Of a DNA stretch of 64,000 bases, positions 54,686-64,000 are shown piece after piece. The translations under genes and the position numbers were made by a program. The notes below the pieces were generated by a model. The model was not told where the DNA came from, searched no databases, and saw only the letters and a program-made list of their open reading frames with translations. Every line of letters starts with the position of its first letter. Positions within the stretch are counted from its first letter, which is position 1. The stretch comes from Minisyncoccota bacterium (GTDB taxonomy: Bacteria > Patescibacteriota > Minisyncoccia > Moranbacterales > UBA1568), in contig JBPPMJ010000003.1 of assembly GCA_051306005.1 (NCBI GenBank), forward strand, positions 33,764 to 97,763, in the 5' to 3' direction.

Positions 54686-56335
54686 ATGAATAAAAAATAT
54701 TGGTTGATTATTGTGATAGCGGGATTGATCGGGCTAGGGTCTTGGTCTGTTGGATATTTGGGTAATCGTGAGGAAAAGCGTACACAAGTAGCAAATGAAT
54801 TCAAAGAGAATGGCGCATTTTCACGTGATGTAACTGGTTTGCCTGAAGCACGGACAGCGGAAGTAGTAGCACTCAAGGATGGCGATACGTACGAGATGGA
54901 AATGAGTGCGGTCAAGAAAAAAGTCGGTAATCAATGGATGCGGATGCTCGCGTACAATGGCTCTATACCCGGTCCGACGCTAAGCATTACAGAAGGAGCA
55001 CAGGTAACGATACGCATCAAGAATAATTTGGATATTCAGACAACACTTCATTCGCATGGAGTGCGGATGGACAATGGATTTGATGGTGTGCCTGATATGA
55101 CACAGGTGCCGATTGCGCCAGGTGAAACATTTGTCTATCAATTGAAATTTCCTGATGCTGGTGTGTATTGGTATCACCCACACGTGCGGACGGACTATAC
55201 GATTGAGTCCGGTTTGTATGGGAATTATATCGTAACGCCTACGGACAAAAATTATTGGGCGCCTGCTAATCGGGAAGTTACGTTGATGCTAGATGACGTC
55301 GCATTGGACGACTATGGATTGTTGCCATTTCAAAAACAAGTTGATCATGTGTTGATGGGACGGTTTGGTGATACGATGCTCATCAATGGAGGAACCGATT
55401 ATACACTGACAGCCAAACAGGGAGAAGTAGTACGGTTGTATTTGACTAATACCGCCAATACCCGAGTATTCAATTTTGCACTGCCAAATGTCAAGATGAA
55501 ATTGGTCGGCGCGGACATAGGGAAATATGAGCAGGAACAGTGGGTAGAGGAAGTATTGATTGGACCAGGAGAACGGCGCGTTGTGGAGGTACTCTTTGAA
55601 AAACAGGGGAAGTATCAGATACTGCACAAGACTCCGGGTAAGCAATATGTCTTGGGTACGGTATCGGTGGCATCAGAAATGGCTGATCCTCTGCTGGCGG
55701 GAACATTTTCATCACTACGAACCAACGAGGCCATAATGACGGACGCGGAGATTCTCAAGCGATTTATTGATGCGCCGGTCGCCAAGAGTCTGCGTTTGAC
55801 GCTTGATATGAATGGGAGAATGCAGAATATGATGCGTCAAGGCGGGATGATGGGCGGGGGACATATGATGAGTGATGGGACGATGATGTCGGGTGATGCG
55901 ATGGGTGACATGATGGGTCAAGGTGATGATGGTGATGCGATAGAGTGGGAAGATACGATGTCAGCGATGAATCAGGTATCTACTCCGGATATGGTACAGT
56001 GGAAACTCGAAGATACCGTCACCAAGAAAACCAATATGGATATCAATGATTGGACATTCAAGAAGGGTGACCACATAAAAATCCGTATTTTCAACGATCC
56101 GCAATCAATACATCCGATGCAACACCCGATTCATTTTCACGGACAACGATTTATGATACTCGCAACCAATGGCGTGCGAGACAACAATCCTGTGTGGCGG
56201 GACACGACGCTGATTCCTAAAGGTGATACGGTAGATATTCTCCTTGAGGCTTCCAATCCGGGGAAGTGGATGGCGCACTGCCATATTTTGGAACACGCGG
56301 AAGGCGGAATGATGATGCCATTTACCGTGGAGTAA
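54686..56335 (+). CDS. Multicopper oxidase (CueO/CutO-like) with Met-rich insert
   Basis: HSHG, WYHPH, HPIHFHG, HCHILEHAEGGM. Confidence 0.96.
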   Translation: MNKKYWLIIVIAGLIGLGSWSVGYLGNREEKRTQVANEFKENGAFSRDVTGLPEARTAEVVALKDGDTYEMEMSAVKKKVGNQWMRMLAYNGSIPGPTLSITEGAQVTIRIKNNLDIQTTLHSHGVRMDNGFDGVPDMTQVPIAPGETFVYQLKFPDAGVYWYHPHVRTDYTIESGLYGNYIVTPTDKNYWAPANREVTLMLDDVALDDYGLLPFQKQVDHVLMGRFGDTMLINGGTDYTLTAKQGEVVRLYLTNTANTRVFNFALPNVKMKLVGADIGKYEQEQWVEEVLIGPGERRVVEVLFEKQGKYQILHKTPGKQYVLGTVSVASEMADPLLAGTFSSLRTNEAIMTDAEILKRFIDAPVAKSLRLTLDMNGRMQNMMRQGGMMGGGHMMSDGTMMSGDAMGDMMGQGDDGDAIEWEDTMSAMNQVSTPDMVQWKLEDTVTKKTNMDINDWTFKKGDHIKIRIFNDPQSIHPMQHPIHFHGQRFMILATNGVRDNNPVWRDTTLIPKGDTVDILLEASNPGKWMAHCHILEHAEGGMMMPFTVE

Positions 56336-56351
56336 GCTATTCCATTTTATA

Positions 56352-57704
56352 ATGCGAAAAAATATGGGGAAAATAACACTGAACATTAAGGGAATGCACT
56401 GTCGATCGTGCGAGCTGATGACGGAAGAAGAATTACGCGCAGTATCGGGTGTCAAAGACGCCAAGACGAATTTTCGTTCCGGTACGGCAGAGGTGTTTTA
56501 TGAGGAAGTGAAGCCGGATGCGCTCAGTTTGGAAAAAGCCGTACAGAGAGCCGGATATACTCTTGGTCAGAGTAAGCGTCAATGGGTAACCTCTGATACG
56601 GAGGGTTGGGTGGGATTGTTGTTCGCCATCGGTATCACGGCGGTACTGTATTTTTTCGCGCAGGCGTTTGGGTTGTTCACGCTTTCGCTCGGATCAGCAC
56701 AGAGGCTTGAGAGTCTACCCTTTGTGCTCCTTTTGGGTATGGTAGCGGGATTTTCTACCTGTATGGCGATGATCGGCGGATTAGTATTGGCGATCGTAGC
56801 ACGTTATAGCGAACGGCATCCGGAAGTGACCGTGCGTCAGAAATTTCTCCCTAATGTATATTTCAATATTGGGCGAGTCGGAGGATTTGCAGTGTTCGGA
56901 GGACTGCTCGGGTGGTTCGGATCGATACTGCAACTGTCATCGCTTATGGTAGGAGTGATGACAGTTTTTGTCGGGGGAGTAATGTTGTTTATCGGAGTGC
57001 AGTTATTAGAACTCTTCCCGCGTCTCTCCGCGTGGAAACTGATGTTGCCAAAAAGTATCGCGCGCGTTCTTGGGATTCAGGCGCACACGAAAAAAGAGTA
57101 CAGTCATTCTCGGGCAATCGCGATCGGGGTGTTGACGTTTTTCTTGCCCTGCGGATTTACGCAGGCGGTACAGTTGTACGTCGTGACTGTGGGGAGTCCG
57201 CTCATCGGAGCTTTGACGATGGGAGCGTTTGCTCTGGGTACGGTTCCGGGACTGCTCAGTATCGGCGGTATTGTCTCGATTGTTCAAGGATCGGCACGCG
57301 GATTTTTCTTCAAGACAGCCGGTGTCGCCGTCATCGCGCTTGGCGTGCTCAATTTCCAGAATGGCACGACACTGGTCAAGCTCGGTGCCCAATCGTTCAT
57401 CAAGAGTGGTACGGTTTTGACTGGCGGGGTGGTGGGCGATGTACAGGTAATCCGCATCACGCAAACGGCCAACGGCTATTCTCCCGATGAGTTGACTGTC
57501 AAAAAAGGTCGGCCAGTAAAACTCATCATTGATTCCCAAGACTCTTATACTTGCGCATCAACTTTCAATATGCCGAAAATGGGGATTCAGGAAACACTCA
57601 GTCCCGGTGAAAATGTGTTTACATTCGTGCCGGAAAAATCGGGACCGATACCGTTCAGTTGCAGTATGGGGATGTTTCGTGGAACGATGCATGTTGTTGA
57701 ATAA
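56352..57704 (+). CDS. HMA domain + DsbD_2/TauE-like membrane domain + cupredoxin-like domain fusion
   Basis: GMHCRSC, STCMAMIGG, FLPCG, C-terminal FSCSMGM. Confidence 0.88.
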   Translation: MRKNMGKITLNIKGMHCRSCELMTEEELRAVSGVKDAKTNFRSGTAEVFYEEVKPDALSLEKAVQRAGYTLGQSKRQWVTSDTEGWVGLLFAIGITAVLYFFAQAFGLFTLSLGSAQRLESLPFVLLLGMVAGFSTCMAMIGGLVLAIVARYSERHPEVTVRQKFLPNVYFNIGRVGGFAVFGGLLGWFGSILQLSSLMVGVMTVFVGGVMLFIGVQLLELFPRLSAWKLMLPKSIARVLGIQAHTKKEYSHSRAIAIGVLTFFLPCGFTQAVQLYVVTVGSPLIGALTMGAFALGTVPGLLSIGGIVSIVQGSARGFFFKTAGVAVIALGVLNFQNGTTLVKLGAQSFIKSGTVLTGGVVGDVQVIRITQTANGYSPDELTVKKGRPVKLIIDSQDSYTCASTFNMPKMGIQETLSPGENVFTFVPEKSGPIPFSCSMGMFRGTMHVVE

Positions 57705-57720
57705 TCATTGATGAAATAAT

Positions 57721-60096
57721 ATGGAAACCAAGACAGCTGGTGGTGAAGCGATGCGGGTACAGCTCTCTATCGGCGGGATGCATTGTGCATCGTGCGCCAA
57801 TATCATTGATCGCGAATTGAAAAAAGTACCAGGGGTATGGCAATCCAACGTCAATTTCGGGACGGAAAAAGCGACGGTGAGTTTTGATGGAACGACGAAT
57901 ATTGACGCGTTGAAAAAAGTAATCAAAGAAGCCGGCTACACAGCGGACGTGGTGGATGTGGCAGATATCGAATACGAAACCAAGAAACGTTCCCGTGTCG
58001 AGCGAGAGTGGCGCCAGAAATTTTTGTGGGGGCTGGCATTGTCGTTCCCGATGTTTTATTTTATGCTGTTTGATTTTTTTCATATTTTTGGTCGGACGAT
58101 ACTTTTGCCGTATGTCGGTATTTTCTCTTTACTCCTAACTCTTCCGGTGCAATTTTGGATTGGCAAGGGCTTCTATCACGGGATGTGGTCGTCGCTCAAG
58201 ATGCGGATGTTCAATATGGATAGTCTGATTGCCATCGGAACGACGATGGCTTTCATCTACAGTACAGCGAATTATCTTCTCTATGCAGTACAGAATGCCT
58301 CGCTAGTCGGCGTGTGGGGAGAAAAAATTCCGGAATTATATTTTGAGACGGCGGCGTTTCTGATTACATTTGTCATTTTTGGCAAGTGGCTTGAGGCACG
58401 CACCAAGGGAAAAACGTCAGACGCTATCCGATCTTTGATGCAACTTTCCGCCAAGACTGCGCGTGTGGTACGAAACGACACAACAGAAGATATTTCAGTG
58501 GAGGATGTTGTGCACGGTGATGTGGTAGTTGTGCGCCCGGGGGAGCGGATACCAGTGGACGGCGTGGTACGGATAGGGCACTCCACGGTGGATGAGTCGA
58601 TGGTCACAGGAGAAAGTATGCCAGTGGAAAAAAATGTCGGTGCGATGGTGATCGGCGGGACGGTCAACAAAGTGGGAAGTTTCGAATTTTCAGCGACACG
58701 CGTGGGCAGTGAAACGACGTTAGCAAACATCGTGCGTCTGATAGAGGAAGCGCAGGGATCAAAAGCGCCGATTCAGGATTTTGCCGATCGTATCGCGGGT
58801 TGGTTTGTACCGGCAGTAATCAGTATCGCACTCCTCACATTTGTCGTGTGGTATTTTTTCCTGGGCGCATCATTTGCTTTTGCGGTGATGACCTTTACGG
58901 CAGTGATTGTTATCGCCTGTCCTTGCGCGCTTGGGTTGGCAACACCGACGGCCTTGATGGTTGGGACTGGAAGAGGCGCCCAAAACGGCATCTTGATCAA
59001 AGGTGGCGGACCACTAGAAGCGACACGAGCCATCACCGCTATCGTGTTTGACAAGACCGGAACACTGACCAAAGGAAAACCGGAAGTGACCGATATTTTG
59101 TCATTTGGCACGCGATCAGAAAATGATATCGTAACCGTTACTGCTTCACTGGAACGGCAATCGGAACATCCATTGGCGGAAGCGATTTATGCTTTTGCTG
59201 AAAAAAATGGTTTAGCATCGCAGGCTGTCACGGATTTTCAGGCACTCTCCGGCAAAGGTGTGATTGGTAGGATAGACGGAAAGATATACGCTTTTGGCAA
59301 TCGAATGCTGGTCGCAGAACAAGGTATCGCACTTTCAGCAGAAGCCGAGCAGATAGTGATGGATTGGGAATCAGTCGGGAAAACCGTGATGTACCTGATG
59401 GAAAACAAAGTGGTACTTGGGGCGATCGCGGTCGCGGACACGGTCAAGGAAACTTCCAAAGAAGCGGTACGGCAACTCAAAAAATTCGGATTGGAAGTGT
59501 GGATGGTGACGGGCGATAACGAGCGCACGGCCCAGGCGATTGCGAAAGCAGTCAACATTGACAATGTGATGGCGGGAGTTCTGCCAGAACACAAAGCAAC
59601 GAAGATCAAGGAATTGCAATCACAAGGAAAAAAAGTGGCGATGGTCGGAGACGGTATCAATGACGCGCCGGCATTGGCACAAGCGGATCTCGGAATCGCG
59701 ATGGGTGCTGGGACAGATGTCGCGATGGAGACGGGCGGGATTGTCCTGATGAAAAACGATTTGCGCGACGTGGCGACAGCTTTTGAACTCTCGCGGGAAA
59801 CGATGAGCAAGATCAAGCAGAATCTGTTTTTCGCGTTGCTCTACAATGTGATGGGTATTCCCATAGCTGGCAGGGTATTCATCGGTTTCGGTATCGTGCT
59901 GAAACCGGAATTGGCAGGATTGGCGATGGCGCTCTCATCGGTGTCGGTGGTTATCAATTCTCTCCTTCTGCGCTTTTTCCGTCCGGGAAAGCGTAACTGG
60001 CTGTCATTTGTAGCGCCGTTTGTAATGGTGTTGGCATTTTCGTTCCTATTTTTTGAATTCGCCCGACTGAGTAGCACCCAGTCTATGGGGATGTAA
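57721..60096 (+). CDS. copA: Copper-translocating P1B-type ATPase
   Basis: GMHCASC, TGES, CPC, DKTGT, HP, GDGIND, YN, MALSS. Confidence 0.96.
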   Translation: METKTAGGEAMRVQLSIGGMHCASCANIIDRELKKVPGVWQSNVNFGTEKATVSFDGTTNIDALKKVIKEAGYTADVVDVADIEYETKKRSRVEREWRQKFLWGLALSFPMFYFMLFDFFHIFGRTILLPYVGIFSLLLTLPVQFWIGKGFYHGMWSSLKMRMFNMDSLIAIGTTMAFIYSTANYLLYAVQNASLVGVWGEKIPELYFETAAFLITFVIFGKWLEARTKGKTSDAIRSLMQLSAKTARVVRNDTTEDISVEDVVHGDVVVVRPGERIPVDGVVRIGHSTVDESMVTGESMPVEKNVGAMVIGGTVNKVGSFEFSATRVGSETTLANIVRLIEEAQGSKAPIQDFADRIAGWFVPAVISIALLTFVVWYFFLGASFAFAVMTFTAVIVIACPCALGLATPTALMVGTGRGAQNGILIKGGGPLEATRAITAIVFDKTGTLTKGKPEVTDILSFGTRSENDIVTVTASLERQSEHPLAEAIYAFAEKNGLASQAVTDFQALSGKGVIGRIDGKIYAFGNRMLVAEQGIALSAEAEQIVMDWESVGKTVMYLMENKVVLGAIAVADTVKETSKEAVRQLKKFGLEVWMVTGDNERTAQAIAKAVNIDNVMAGVLPEHKATKIKELQSQGKKVAMVGDGINDAPALAQADLGIAMGAGTDVAMETGGIVLMKNDLRDVATAFELSRETMSKIKQNLFFALLYNVMGIPIAGRVFIGFGIVLKPELAGLAMALSSVSVVINSLLLRFFRPGKRNWLSFVAPFVMVLAFSFLFFEFARLSSTQSMGM

Positions 60097-60172
60097 CGAC
60101 ATCAAGATGTTTAATTTCCAAATTATTAGACTGTTATGATGCAATAATCATAAGACATAAGTAAAAAAATAT

Positions 60173-60568
60173 ATGGAAACAACAAAATATGGTTTCGGGA
60201 AAACCGTTACGCTTTCCTTTGCGGATGCGGTCGTAAAGGTGAAGGAAGCACTGGCGATTGAGGGCTTTGGTCAGCTGACGGAAATAGATGTGCAAGCCAA
60301 ATTGAAAGAGAAAATCGGAGCAGAGATGGAGCCGTACCTCATTCTCGGGATGTGCAATCCACAGTTGGCACATCGCGCGCTTTTGGTGGAAATGGAAATC
60401 GGTTTGCTCTTCCCGTGTAATGTCATTGTTTATGAGAAGGATGGCATCGTACGTATCATGGCACAACAACCGAGTTTGATGTCGGAACTTATACAAAAAC
60501 CAGAGGTCTCAGCGGTGGCAGGTGAAGCAGAAGTGTGCCTCCGCAGAGCATTGGAATCTATTTTGTAA
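60173..60568 (+). CDS. DUF302-family protein
   Basis: GFG..TEIDV..K.K, YLILGMCNP, GLLFPCNV. Confidence 0.88.
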   Translation: METTKYGFGKTVTLSFADAVVKVKEALAIEGFGQLTEIDVQAKLKEKIGAEMEPYLILGMCNPQLAHRALLVEMEIGLLFPCNVIVYEKDGIVRIMAQQPSLMSELIQKPEVSAVAGEAEVCLRRALESIL

Positions 60569-60580
60569 TCATCTATTCTT

Positions 60581-62836
60581 ATGCACCATCAGCATTACGA
60601 TATACCAAAAGAAGCAGTCAAGCAAAAAAATCGCTGTTCATACGACGAAAATTGTCTTGCCTGCATGGCGGAAAAACTCAGTGTGTCTTGCGGTTGTGCT
60701 CTGGAAGCGAAGCAGTACGAATATGCGAAAGATACGCATACTGGACAGCAGAAACAGACTGATCATCACGCGGGGCACGACATGAGCGCAATGCCCGCTC
60801 ACCATAGTCACAGTGCGGGAGGGTCGCATATGGATCATGATGTGGCGATGACCGATCCCCGGATGGCCAAAGCGATGGAAAAGGATATGCGTCGTCGCTT
60901 TTTCATATCGCTTACGCTGACCATTCCCATCGTTCTCTATTCGCCGATGGGAGAAATGTTGTTCGGGATCAGGCTGTTCTCACCCATTCACAATGGCCTG
61001 CTCCTGTTTCTATTGACGACGCCGGTGGTTTTTTGGACTGGTTCCATATTCATTACTGGGGCGTACTATTCGCTCAAGGCCAGAAAACTCAATATGGCGG
61101 TGCTGGTCGCGACTGGAGTGCTCGCGGCTTTTCTCGGGAGTCTGATCATTTCTCTGTTGGGCGGTGAAGAAGTCTTCTATGAAGCCGCGGCGATGCTGGT
61201 GACGTTTGTGCTTTTCGGACACTGGATGGAGATGAAATCACGACGCGGGACATCTGATTCCTTGCGCGCACTGTTCGATCTGGTACCGCCACAGGCACGT
61301 GTGGTGCGCGATGGTCAGGAGATGCTTATCGCGAGTGTCGACGTAACACGAGGTGACATTGTGATTGTAAAGCCTGGTGACAAGATTCCCGTAGATGGAG
61401 AAATTACACAGGGAGAAACAGCGATTGATGAGGCGCTAGTGACTGGCGAATCTCTGCCTGTTGCCAAAAAAATCGGTGACCGAGTCATCGGCGGATCCAT
61501 CAATCAAAACGGATCCATCCAATTCCGTGCCACGAAAGTCGGAGCGGATACCGTTTTGGCGTCTATCATCAAGATGGTGGAGACCGCGCAGAACTCCAAA
61601 GCCCCGGGACAGCGCATCGCGGATCAAGCGGCAGCTTGGCTGGTCGCTCTGGCAGTCGGATCTGGTATTCTCGCGTTTGTCGGTTGGTATTTTGTGGCCG
61701 GTGCGACGCTCATTGTCGCATTGACTTTCGCTATTGCCACCATCGTTATTGCATGTCCGGACGCGCTCGGGTTGGCGACACCGACAGCGGTCGCAGTTGG
61801 GACAGGGCTGGGTGCGAAACATAATATTCTCATAAAGGATGCCACCACCCTTGAGGGCGCATCGAAAATAAATGCCATCGTGCTGGATAAGACAGGTACG
61901 CTCACGCAAGGCAAACCGCAGGTGACTGACGTGATTGCAAGTGGAGAGATGACGGAAGATAATCTCCTTGTATTGACGGCAAGTGTCGAGATGAAATCCA
62001 ATCACCCTATTTCTATGGCGATTCTGGAGGAAGCACGCAAGAGAGGTGTTACTTTCTTGGAAGCGGAAAATTTCCAATCATTGGCGGGAATGGGACTGGA
62101 AGCAATCGTTGATGGAAAAAATATCTTGATCGGCACGGAACGTTTGCTCCGTGATCGGAACATCAGCGTAGAGCATCTAAGAGGCGCGATCGACACACTG
62201 TTAACCAATGGGAAAACGCTGAGCATCGTCGCCGTTGACAACTATGCCATCGGATTGATTGGTATTTCCGACCAGGTGCGCACGACATCAAAGAAAACGA
62301 TTACGGAGTTGAAGCGTCTCGGTATTGAAACAGCAATGATCACAGGGGACAACACAACTATTGCTGAAGCGGTCGGGGCAGAGCTCGGCATCGACCGGGT
62401 TTTCGCGGAAGTTTTGCCAGCGGACAAGGCGAGCTATGTCAAGAAACTTCAGGACGAGGGGAAGTTTGTCGCGATGGTCGGTGATGGTGTTAATGATGCA
62501 CCAGCTTTGGCACAAGCAGACATTAGCATCGCCATCGGTGCGGGCACAGATGTCGCCATCGAAACAGCAAATATCGTCTTGATGAAATCCGATCCGTACG
62601 ACATCGTGGCTGCCATTCGTTTGAGCAAGGCGACCGTTCGGAAAATGAAACAGAATCTTTTTTGGGCGGCGATTTACAACATACTCGCTATCCCTGTTGC
62701 CGCTGGCGTGTTTTATACGTCTCTCGGTTGGTCACTGCGTCCGGAAATCGCGGCGCTTCTGATGTCTGCGTCGTCCATTATCGTCGCGACCAACGCCGTG
62801 CTTTTGAAACGAGTCGAACCGCATCTCAAAGTATAG
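60581..62836 (+). CDS. Second heavy-metal P1B-type ATPase (CPD motif, Cys/His-rich N-terminus)
   Basis: TGES, IACPDALGLA, DKTGT, HP, GDGVND, YN, MSASS. Confidence 0.93.
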   Translation: MHHQHYDIPKEAVKQKNRCSYDENCLACMAEKLSVSCGCALEAKQYEYAKDTHTGQQKQTDHHAGHDMSAMPAHHSHSAGGSHMDHDVAMTDPRMAKAMEKDMRRRFFISLTLTIPIVLYSPMGEMLFGIRLFSPIHNGLLLFLLTTPVVFWTGSIFITGAYYSLKARKLNMAVLVATGVLAAFLGSLIISLLGGEEVFYEAAAMLVTFVLFGHWMEMKSRRGTSDSLRALFDLVPPQARVVRDGQEMLIASVDVTRGDIVIVKPGDKIPVDGEITQGETAIDEALVTGESLPVAKKIGDRVIGGSINQNGSIQFRATKVGADTVLASIIKMVETAQNSKAPGQRIADQAAAWLVALAVGSGILAFVGWYFVAGATLIVALTFAIATIVIACPDALGLATPTAVAVGTGLGAKHNILIKDATTLEGASKINAIVLDKTGTLTQGKPQVTDVIASGEMTEDNLLVLTASVEMKSNHPISMAILEEARKRGVTFLEAENFQSLAGMGLEAIVDGKNILIGTERLLRDRNISVEHLRGAIDTLLTNGKTLSIVAVDNYAIGLIGISDQVRTTSKKTITELKRLGIETAMITGDNTTIAEAVGAELGIDRVFAEVLPADKASYVKKLQDEGKFVAMVGDGVNDAPALAQADISIAIGAGTDVAIETANIVLMKSDPYDIVAAIRLSKATVRKMKQNLFWAAIYNILAIPVAAGVFYTSLGWSLRPEIAALLMSASSIIVATNAVLLKRVEPHLKV

Positions 62837-62893
62837 TGGGTATCTTTTTGTCACAGGAGTGTTGAATCCAATAAAGAAAGGGGGTGAGTACGT

Positions 62894-63142
62894 ATGATGG
62901 GAAATTATTTTGGAAACGGCTATGGGTTTATGGGAGGATTCGGATTCTTCTTTATGATCTTTTTTTGGGGGTTGGTCATCTGGGCAATTATCACGCTGGT
63001 GCAGTCCGTATCTAGAAACAACACTCAGTCTGTCGGTGGGTCACAGGTTGACACAGCGCTGGAGATGCTTCGCAAGCGCTATGCTAAAGGTGAAATCACC
63101 AAGGCAGAGTTTGATCAGATGAAGAAAGATCTGGCGGAATAA
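62894..63142 (+). CDS. SHOCT-domain membrane protein
   Basis: MMG..GFMGG, one TM, ALEMLRKRYAKGEITKAEF. Confidence 0.9.
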   Translation: MMGNYFGNGYGFMGGFGFFFMIFFWGLVIWAIITLVQSVSRNNTQSVGGSQVDTALEMLRKRYAKGEITKAEFDQMKKDLAE

Positions 63143-63432
63143 CCCTTGTCGCAAGAGCACCCCGACTCACTTGGAGGGTTTAATCTTCAAGTGTTTTGGT
63201 GGTGCGTCACTCCCATGCGATCCAAGTGATATCCTATACGCAAGGAGTTATGTAATCGGTTACATACCAAATGTGACATATCAATGCGGTTTTTTTCGGA
63301 ACACCATTGTCAGGTATAAAAAAGCAGTTATTGCTCTGTTGGGATAACCGCCTTTCTTTTTGTCTGAAACGTCTTGCAACATTCTGAGTCCGAAGCCGTT
63401 TGTATACTGAAGGAATGAAGAGAGAAGGGGGG

Positions 63433-64000
63433 TCAAGGGTGAATTTTTTTGTAATCTTCCCATTGTTTTTTGGACCATCCACTTGGTTTTTCGGTATAGG
63501 TAGGAGTTTCTTCACCCGGATGCGGAAAAAGGCTGGGTGATTTGTAATTACTCCAAAATTTGTCTCGAATAAAGTTTTCTCCCATACTATTGTTCACTTC
63601 TTGAGTAAAAACTGTTTTCATACTGCCATCAGGATGACTTTCCAAAATATGCGGTCCATCTACTGTGGTAGTGCGCCCATCGTTGGTACCGTAAAAATGA
63701 AAAGTAAGGACCGTGCCTTCGATTGTTGCCTGCATCAAAATGGATCCTGGGGTATTGTTGACAAAGGTGAGATCGGGTTTGGGAATATAGATGGTAGCAT
63801 CCATACCATAGGGTGCATAGTAACGGACAGGGTAAGCATGGTTTCGACGCGCTGTTATTTTGAGTCCGCTGTAAATGGCAGCACGAAATACTGTGCTGGA
63901 TACCTGACAAATACCACCACCAAATTCTGGTTCAGTACGATTGTTTTTGATTACGAGTTCTGGGAGATAGCCATGCGCTTCGTCTACTTCTCCCAAATAA
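63433..64000 (-). CDS. VanW-like protein, C-terminal part (5'-truncated by window)
   Basis: GGGICQVSSTVFRAA, R.NH, GMDAT, DL.F.N. Confidence 0.9.
   Translation of the reverse strand, partial: YLGEVDEAHGYLPELVIKNNRTEPEFGGGICQVSSTVFRAAIYSGLKITARRNHAYPVRYYAPYGMDATIYIPKPDLTFVNNTPGSILMQATIEGTVLTFHFYGTNDGRTTTVDGPHILESHPDGSMKTVFTQEVNNSMGENFIRDKFWSNYKSPSLFPHPGEETPTYTEKPSGWSKKQWEDYKKIHP

Overview
Chromosomal window that most likely comes from a Patescibacteria (CPR, Parcubacteria-like) bacterium; this is inferred from gene content, weak Shine-Dalgarno use, an archaeal-type PGI/PMI and an unlinked 23S-5S unit. Housekeeping genes: end of the atp operon, leuS, glmS, uppP, folD, parAB, manC, rodA, secG, rnj, trpS, ychF, groEL, a PilB/GspE ATPase, a short Rel, zur-znuACB, topA, dprA and a cold-shock gene, plus two tRNA-Leu genes and a 23S-5S rRNA unit without 16S. 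Main accessory signals: (1) an AT-rich orphan-gene cassette bracketed by ~200-bp structured inverted repeats beside tRNA-Leu(CAA), with no recombinase in the window; (2) a copper-homeostasis cluster headed by a CutF/CruR-like leader ORF (signal peptide, CxxxC, C-terminal Pro motif, then stem-loops) upstream of a multicopper oxidase; (3) a modular LamG surface protein with DNA-identical boxes around divergent domain interiors, followed by a ~240-nt element closed by a 27-bp G.U-compatible stem; (4) a divergent beta-carbonic-anhydrase-like ORF next to a SulP transporter. All calls are from reading the sequence by eye; no searches or folding programs were run.
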